A program made the position numbers and the translations under genes. The notes under the pieces were generated by a model. That model was not told the DNA's origin and ran no database searches. It worked only from the letters and a program-made list of their open reading frames with translations. From the human T2T-CHM13v2.0 reference genome, Homo sapiens: 64,000 nucleotides of DNA. Each line of letters starts with the position of its first letter. Within the stretch, counting starts at the first letter, position 1. Location of the stretch: assembly GCF_009914755.1 (NCBI RefSeq), contig NC_060926.1, one strand, 5' to 3'. Below are positions 55,121-64,000 of the stretch, one piece after another.

Positions 55121-55350
55121 CTGAAAAAGGAAAAGGGTAAAGATTATATAACCAATTAAAAAAATTTAAGCATAAACAAGTAAATAGGTATAGTTAAGAT
55201 AATTTGCTAAAATTTATACAATGGGAATAATGAAATCTAAAATAGTAAAAATAATGTATTGCTGTAAAGAGTGAGGGAGTAGGGCGAGGTAGCTCACGCC
55301 TGTAATCCCAGCACTTTAGGGGGCTGAGGCGGGTGGACTGCTTGAGCTCA

Positions 55351-55554
<204 letters not shown>

Positions 55555-56357
55555 TCAGGGGAAAAAAAGAGTGGGGGCGTAAAGGGTTACCTAAATTAGA
55601 CATTCTAGGAAGCAAAGTAATTTGGGAAGAGGAAAGGCAATAAAAATGAAACATATTTAGACTATATTAATTTACATTAAGTAGAGTATACTAATGTGAA
55701 TTACATTCTTATTGTTCAATACTACGTTGTTTCATTGACCTAAATTTCTTTCTTTTTTTTTTTTTTTTTAAGAGATGGGAGTCTCATTATGTTGCCCAGG
55801 CTGGTCCTGAATTCCTGGCCTCGAAAAATATACTCCCCCTCAGCCTCCCAAAGTGCCGCTGGGATTACACAGGCATGAGCTACCACATCTGGTCTCATTG
55901 ACCTAATTTTCAATGACTGGATTTTATAGTCACAAGAGAAAAACAAAGACTTGCCTATGTTTGGTTATTTCCAAAACTAAGTTGTAAAGACAGCAAACAG
56001 TAATCAAATCATATCCAATTCAATAGGTATTTTATATTTGAAATAAGTAGTGTTCTTTTATTTAATATTAAAGCATCAAGCATAAATGTTCAGGGTAGTC
56101 CTCAACATTTAAGTATATTTTAGAATAATAAATGCACATTTGAAACTTCAAACGATATGAATTAAAAAAAAATTCCATTTTAGTGGAATACGAGATTAAG
56201 CCATGCAGTCAAATCAGTTTTTAATTTCTTCCATATAGGCCAGAAAACATAAAATTTCATTCAATTTTAAAAATTTCATTCAAATTTTAAAATATAAAAA
56301 AATGAAAAAAAGATGTTTAGTATATGGGCCACGAAGTGGGGCACTTATTCAATTTTA

Positions 56358-56828
<471 letters not shown>

Positions 56829-57179
56829 TTAATAAGATACATAAAACGTATCAAATATAACACACAAGATCTTATACAATCTTTACAACGACTTTGCAAT
56901 TATGGTCTATCATTTCCACCGTTTTTACAGATGGAGAACTAGGCTTGGAAAAGCTAAAGCAATTTTTCAAAGTCACACAGCAAGTGAGAGCAAACACAAA
57001 TAGTTCAGTGTGACTGGAGAACGGAATACCTGAGTATTAGCAGCTAGAAGGTTTGGTGCTTGAATGCTGGGTTAAGTACAGACTCGATTTTGCATACTGT
57101 GATAAATTATTAAAGCAGTCACTGGCAAGACTACCGTGGCAGCAAATTTTAAGAAGTGGAAGGAAGAATTCAGTTAAGC

Positions 57180-57320
57180 CAGTGTATCTCAACTTCTATA
57201 CTACTGACATTTGGGACCAGTTAATTTTGTATTGTTGGGGGCAGTCGAATAAGCAGTAGGATGTTTAGCAGCACCCTGGTGTCTACTCACTAGAAGCCGG
57301 TAGCACCAGATTCCCTACTC
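57180..57320 (-). mobile_element. MER20 fragment
   Basis: ctactgacatttgggaccagttaatt...gtaggatgtttagcagcaccctggtgtctactcactaga. Confidence 0.7.
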
Positions 57321-57680
57321 CCCATTTAAGAACACCTGAGTTATGCTACACCAGAAGGAGGGCATAATGGTGTAAAAGAAGATGCTATCTGTGAGAAAGC
57401 AAAGGAAGAAAAAATTTTTAAGTCATTTTGGCGGCAGATCTGACCGGATTTCACAATTCATGAAACCTACGAGGAAGAGAAAGGTATTAAAACTAGCTTC
57501 CTTCTCTGAAATTTTCAAAAACTATGTTATGAATCAGAAAGAAAATCTTAGATTACAAGTAGAGAATGGTCTTTTTGTTAAAAAAAAAAAAATCACCATT
57601 TCACCAGTCCCTGATGAATCCAGAGGATACTTACATCACCAAAAATAACTTTCAGATAAAAAGAGTAATTTTCACAATAA

Positions 57681-58008
<328 letters not shown>

Positions 58009-58116
58009 TTAATTCCTTAACAGACCTAACTAAAATATACATAGAAGTAGTTTTCATACAAAAGATGGCTTTGATACAAATGGACCTTTAAATGCAAAAA
58101 TATTATTATTTTTTGA

Positions 58117-58260
<144 letters not shown>

Positions 58261-58282
58261 TAATTTTTTGTATTTTTAGTAG

Positions 58283-58408
<126 letters not shown>

Positions 58409-59079
58409 TAAATAGGAACTTTACCTTTTGTCTGACTTCCATGGGCCTGGTAATAAATGAACTAACTATACACAAAGCCAACCACATGCTACGCCAGAAA
58501 AAACTGATCCCTGTAAAAATTTTGCATCCTTTGTGCAATCCAACTAATACATGTAGAATTCCAGCATCAGGAAGTATAAGCAAAACAGAAACGTAGTCAG
58601 GAAACACATAACCTGTTAAGTCCACTCAAAAAGTATTTGAGGAATTCAAAGCTTTACGTTGAGTCCTACCTAAAGTAAGGCTCTCCTACTTAAAGTTGTT
58701 TGACTTTACTGGGTGTGTAGAAAAAACTTCAAAAAATTAGCCTTCTCTGACTAGAAAAAATTAATGTTCTTAAAAAAAAAGAAAAATGAATGTTCTTATA
58801 TAGTTTCAACATCAGAGCAAGATAACACATGACATTCAAGCTTAACGTAAAAGAAGGCAAGAAAAAGGAATGAGGTTTCTAAGTAAAAGCTCAAACACCT
58901 ACAAACACATTTGCTAAGACTAAAGTGGCTTTCGGATTCTGATGCCTCACGTAGTTTTAAAAACACTTCCTTCCCTTCCAGCCCCTCCTTAGTTCCTTCA
59001 GAGAATTTCCCCCTCTAGCCGTCTATCTAGAACATGATACTATTCGAGATGTTCAACAAAAGGTAGCACTGGAGATCTT

Positions 59080-59963
<884 letters not shown>

Positions 59964-60167
59964 TAGGATTACAGGCGTGAGCTACCGCGCCCAGCCGGTT
60001 ATCCCTGCTCTTGTCTATGGAACAGCCAAAATAAATAAAAATAAATAAATAAATAAAAAAAGCCGGGCGCCGTAAATCCCAGAACTTTGGATCTCTTGAG
60101 CCCAGGAGTTCGAGACCAGCCTGTGCAACATAGCGAGACCCCTTCTCTATTTAAAAAATAAAATTGA

Positions 60168-60512
<345 letters not shown>

Positions 60513-61746
60513 TAGCCAGGATGGTCTTGATCTCCTGACCTCGTGATCCGCTGGCCTCGGCCTCCCAAAGTGCTGGGATTACAGGCGTGAGCCCCCGCTC
60601 CCGGCTGGGCCTCTATATTTTTTTGGCAGGTAACCCTACAGCATACTGTCAGACCAAGTAGGGTTCCCGTAACATGTAAATTAGCAGCCTCTGAACCATT
60701 GTAGAGTAAGGTGACTGGGTCTGTCTCCAAGAATTTGAATCTATTTCTGACTGAGGGGTCTTGCAAAAAAAATTTTTTTTGAGATGAGTTCTTGCTCTGT
60801 CGCCTAGGCTGGGGAGCATGGTGTGATCATGGCTCACTGCAACCTCGAACTCCTGGCCTCAAGCAATCCTTCCACCTCAGCCTCCTGAGTTGTTGAGACT
60901 ACAGGCGCACGCCACTGCACCCAGCTAATTTTTTTTTGTAGAGACGAGGTCTTGCTTTGTTGCCCAGGCTGTTCTCAAATTCCTGGCCTCAAGAGATCTG
61001 CCTGCCTCCGGCTCCCAAAGTGCTGAGATTACAGGGGTTAGCCAGCATGCCTGGGAATTCTGAAATTTTTCAAACACTACCTCCAGAACTCACTGATGTG
61101 CTATTGCCCCTGTATATAAAATGTGAAGTGCAGCACACAAACATTTTCTAATATAAGGTGTTCTTTTTTCATGTCAAGATGTGTAAAAAGTGGTCTCGGA
61201 CTTGTTCCCAGTTGTTACCCCAAAATTATAGAAGACTAAACCAAAATAGAATACCTTGTGTTTAAATAGGGGATAGTTCTCAAAAATTCAGTTAATTCCT
61301 GATATTCTGGAATGGCTCTATATAAATATCAATGATAGTAAAGACTTAAACTCATCACATATTTTGCACTCTCTTAGTACTCAAAATCCTAGACACTGAA
61401 TTTTTTCTAGCAGGGTCATAGCTTTGTACCTTTACTACCACTTGCTATTAGTGTTTAGTTGAAGCTAGAGACCTGACATAGATAATGAATTTCTCTTTTT
61501 AGCCTCATAGACAGTTTCTTTTCTACATTAATGAACTTCAAGTCACAATGTCCTAGTCTCCTCTCAAAGTTTTTCCCATTTACAGTGAACCAGTTCTGCA
61601 TCTGAACCATAACAACTAATTTCCACTCTTCTGGACATTTTAACTCATTTAACCTGTTAAAAGGAGAAGCATCCTGAGAAAGTTACATATTCACCACCCA
61701 GATATAAGGAAAGAAGACTCAATAGTGGGGAGAAAATTAAACCTTA

Positions 61747-61752
61747 TTTATT
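61747..61752 (-). terminator. FAM136A polyadenylation signal
   Basis: AATAAA on the minus strand about 1.3 kb after the stop, at the end of an apparently repeat-free 3'UTR. Confidence 0.7.
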
Positions 61753-63038
61753 TTTAAAGTCAAACCACTAGGAAAATATATCACAGCCTGGAAACAGCAA
61801 ACGGACAGGCTATATTATAATTTCAAGTAATAAGTTGGTGAAAATTCAACGAAGTTGCTATCAAAACAATAAGGTGCCATGCTGGGGCAGGAACACTGCC
61901 AGCTGCACAAGCCCCAGGCAAAAATGGTATTTGGTAATGGGGGCTGTCTCTCCTTTGCTCTAAGGGAGTCAGCTCATCCTAGCCCAAGTTGCTTACTTTT
62001 TCTCCCTTGAATTTCCTGTTGCCAGGGGTTTGTCTCAATTGGGCTCTGTTAATTCAGGGGGCTAAGTAGGCAATGCTAGGTGTAGGCTTTCATTCCATAT
62101 GTTCTAATAAAACCAGGTTTTCCCAAATCCAGTACTTCATTTACTCTGTTGTAATCAAGTAGCCAACTGCTCCTCTTTTACTGTTCATTCCTAGATACTA
62201 GTATATATCACAATCAAAACCCCCTTCTCTTCAAGGGGAAAGTGTTACTGCAAGATTGTCCTGTCATTTTGTTACACACAGCCTCAGGGGCCATCAGCCA
62301 GTAATTCTGCTTCCCATAATTAGTGTGTCATCACCTCTCATGTTTCTGCACAGTCTCCAGGCTGAAAGATGCAGCATGTAATAATTTTAAGAAATGTACA
62401 TCCACATCTTGATGACCAGAAATGGGGATCCACAAGGAACATTTCAAAGTTCTTATCCAAACTAGTCTACCTCCCAGTTCCACATCTTAAAATCAACTTG
62501 TATGCCCTTGTATAAATTACCCCAAATCAAGAAAACAAAGACCCAGAAAACTTTCTTTCCCTTCTAAGTTAGTGACCTCATTGATTTTGTTTCACAGCTT
62601 ATGGAAGATGGTGGGGTGACACTTTTGGTAAACAGGATGTTGGCAACAAAGAGAAAATATCTCTCCTCAGACTCCACCAACTCTAACCTGCCAGCCTGTT
62701 AGTACCTGTGTAGTAAGAAGAGTCTGGTACCTTGGAGGGCTCTGGCTTGTTACAGGGGAAAGCCTTACTGCCAGGACAAGCACTGGCCACAGGAAATAAT
62801 AAGCTCTAAAACTCTCCTGTAATATCTCTGACTCGATTTAGCACCACTTTTTTCCATTTCATTTTTTAGGGACTGAAACATAAAATAACCAGTGTCCAGA
62901 GGCAAGTGACATATGCCTTACGCTTGTGGCCATCCTTCATTTCTTCATTCGTAAACTTTGCTTAAAAGACTAAAATTCCCAATTCCTTATAAAAAATATA
63001 TTCTTGCCCTCAGCCCTGATGGCCACTGGCAAATACTT

Positions 63039-63227
63039 TTATTTTCCAATTGATAAGAGAGCCTCCTTCATCTTCTTGGTCATAGTTGGGATGAGGTGCA
63101 TGTGGTCATCCACACACTTGGTCACACAACTGTCCAGCTGCTGCTTCACCTGAAGCTCCTTACTCCCAGCATCTATTGAATCTTTGGCTTTGTCGTTGCA
63201 ATGCATGGTGCACCGGGCCAGGCGGTC
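63039..63227 (-). CDS. FAM136A: FAM136A last coding exon (189 nt)
   Basis: ccacag|GACCGC...; DRLARCTMHCNDKAKDSIDAGSKELQVKQQLDSCVTKCVDDHMHLIPTMTKKMKEALLSIGK*, with two CX3C motifs. Upstream exons lie beyond the window. Confidence 0.93.
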   Translation of the reverse strand, partial: DRLARCTMHCNDKAKDSIDAGSKELQVKQQLDSCVTKCVDDHMHLIPTMTKKMKEALLSIGK

Positions 63228-63861
63228 CTGTGGCAAGAAGGAAGAACGTAGAAAAAGCTGAGAGTAAGGCCTCCATTTACTGCGTGCTCATTATGTGTTA
63301 GGCCCTGTGCTACAGGTTTAATATGTATTATCTTGGTCAATTAAAGGGACATGGTAGTGTGATTGGCCAAGTTTTTTTTTTTTTTTTTTTTTTTGAGCAG
63401 AGTCTCACTCTGTTGCCCAGGCTGGAGCGCTGCGCTGCAGTGGCACAATTATGGCTTACTGCAGCCTCAACGTCCCAGGCTCACGCTATCTTTCCACCTC
63501 TGCTCTCAAGTAGCTAGGACCACAGGCACACGCCACCACTCTTGGCTAATACTTTCTTAAAAATTATTTTTGTAGAGATGGGATCTCCCTATGTTGCCCA
63601 GGCTGGTCTTGAACTCCTGGGCTCAAGTGATCCTCCCTCCTTGGCTTCCCAAAGTGTTGGGATTAGAGGTGTGAGCCACTGTGTTTGGCTTTCCAAGACT
63701 GTCTTGACTCAAACAGAAGATGGCACCAGGAGGGCTCAAACTATTACTAGAAAGCAGGTGAATGACAGAATAAATTGGGCAGAACATTCTTCCAGGAAAT
63801 GAGAGGTCCCTAGAGGTTATTGTAAGATGTACAAACATCTTGATTCTTTTTTTTTTTTTGA

Positions 63862-63966
<105 letters not shown>

Positions 63967-64000
63967 TGAGTAGCTAGGATTACAGGCATGCGCCACCATG

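Overview
This window is primate genomic DNA, recognisable as the human 2p13.3 cluster TIA1 - tRNA-Gly(CCC) - PCYOX1 - SNRPG - FAM136A. It holds TIA1 exons 1-2 (- strand), a tRNA-Gly-CCC gene just upstream of the TIA1 promoter, and a full-length RPL39 processed pseudogene. It also holds the complete 6-exon PCYOX1 gene (+, 505 codons), the complete 4-exon SNRPG gene (-, 76 codons, tail-to-tail with PCYOX1) and the last exon and 3'UTR of FAM136A (-). Exon boundaries were read by hand from GT/AG sites and their phases add up. The rest is very Alu-rich, with L1, L2, MIR, LTR and DNA-transposon relics and one SVA; repeat subfamily names come from recalled consensus sequences and need RepeatMasker/Dfam confirmation. 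No prokaryote-type system (CRISPR, operon) and no new protein-coding gene is supported. The most notable unexplained structures are two anonymous poly(A)-tailed inserts with long target-site duplications (TSDs), two deeply nested transposon stacks, a possible repressed Alu cryptic exon in SNRPG, an open 82-codon in-frame extension upstream of PCYOX1, and the Pol III tRNA gene pointing into the TIA1 promoter.
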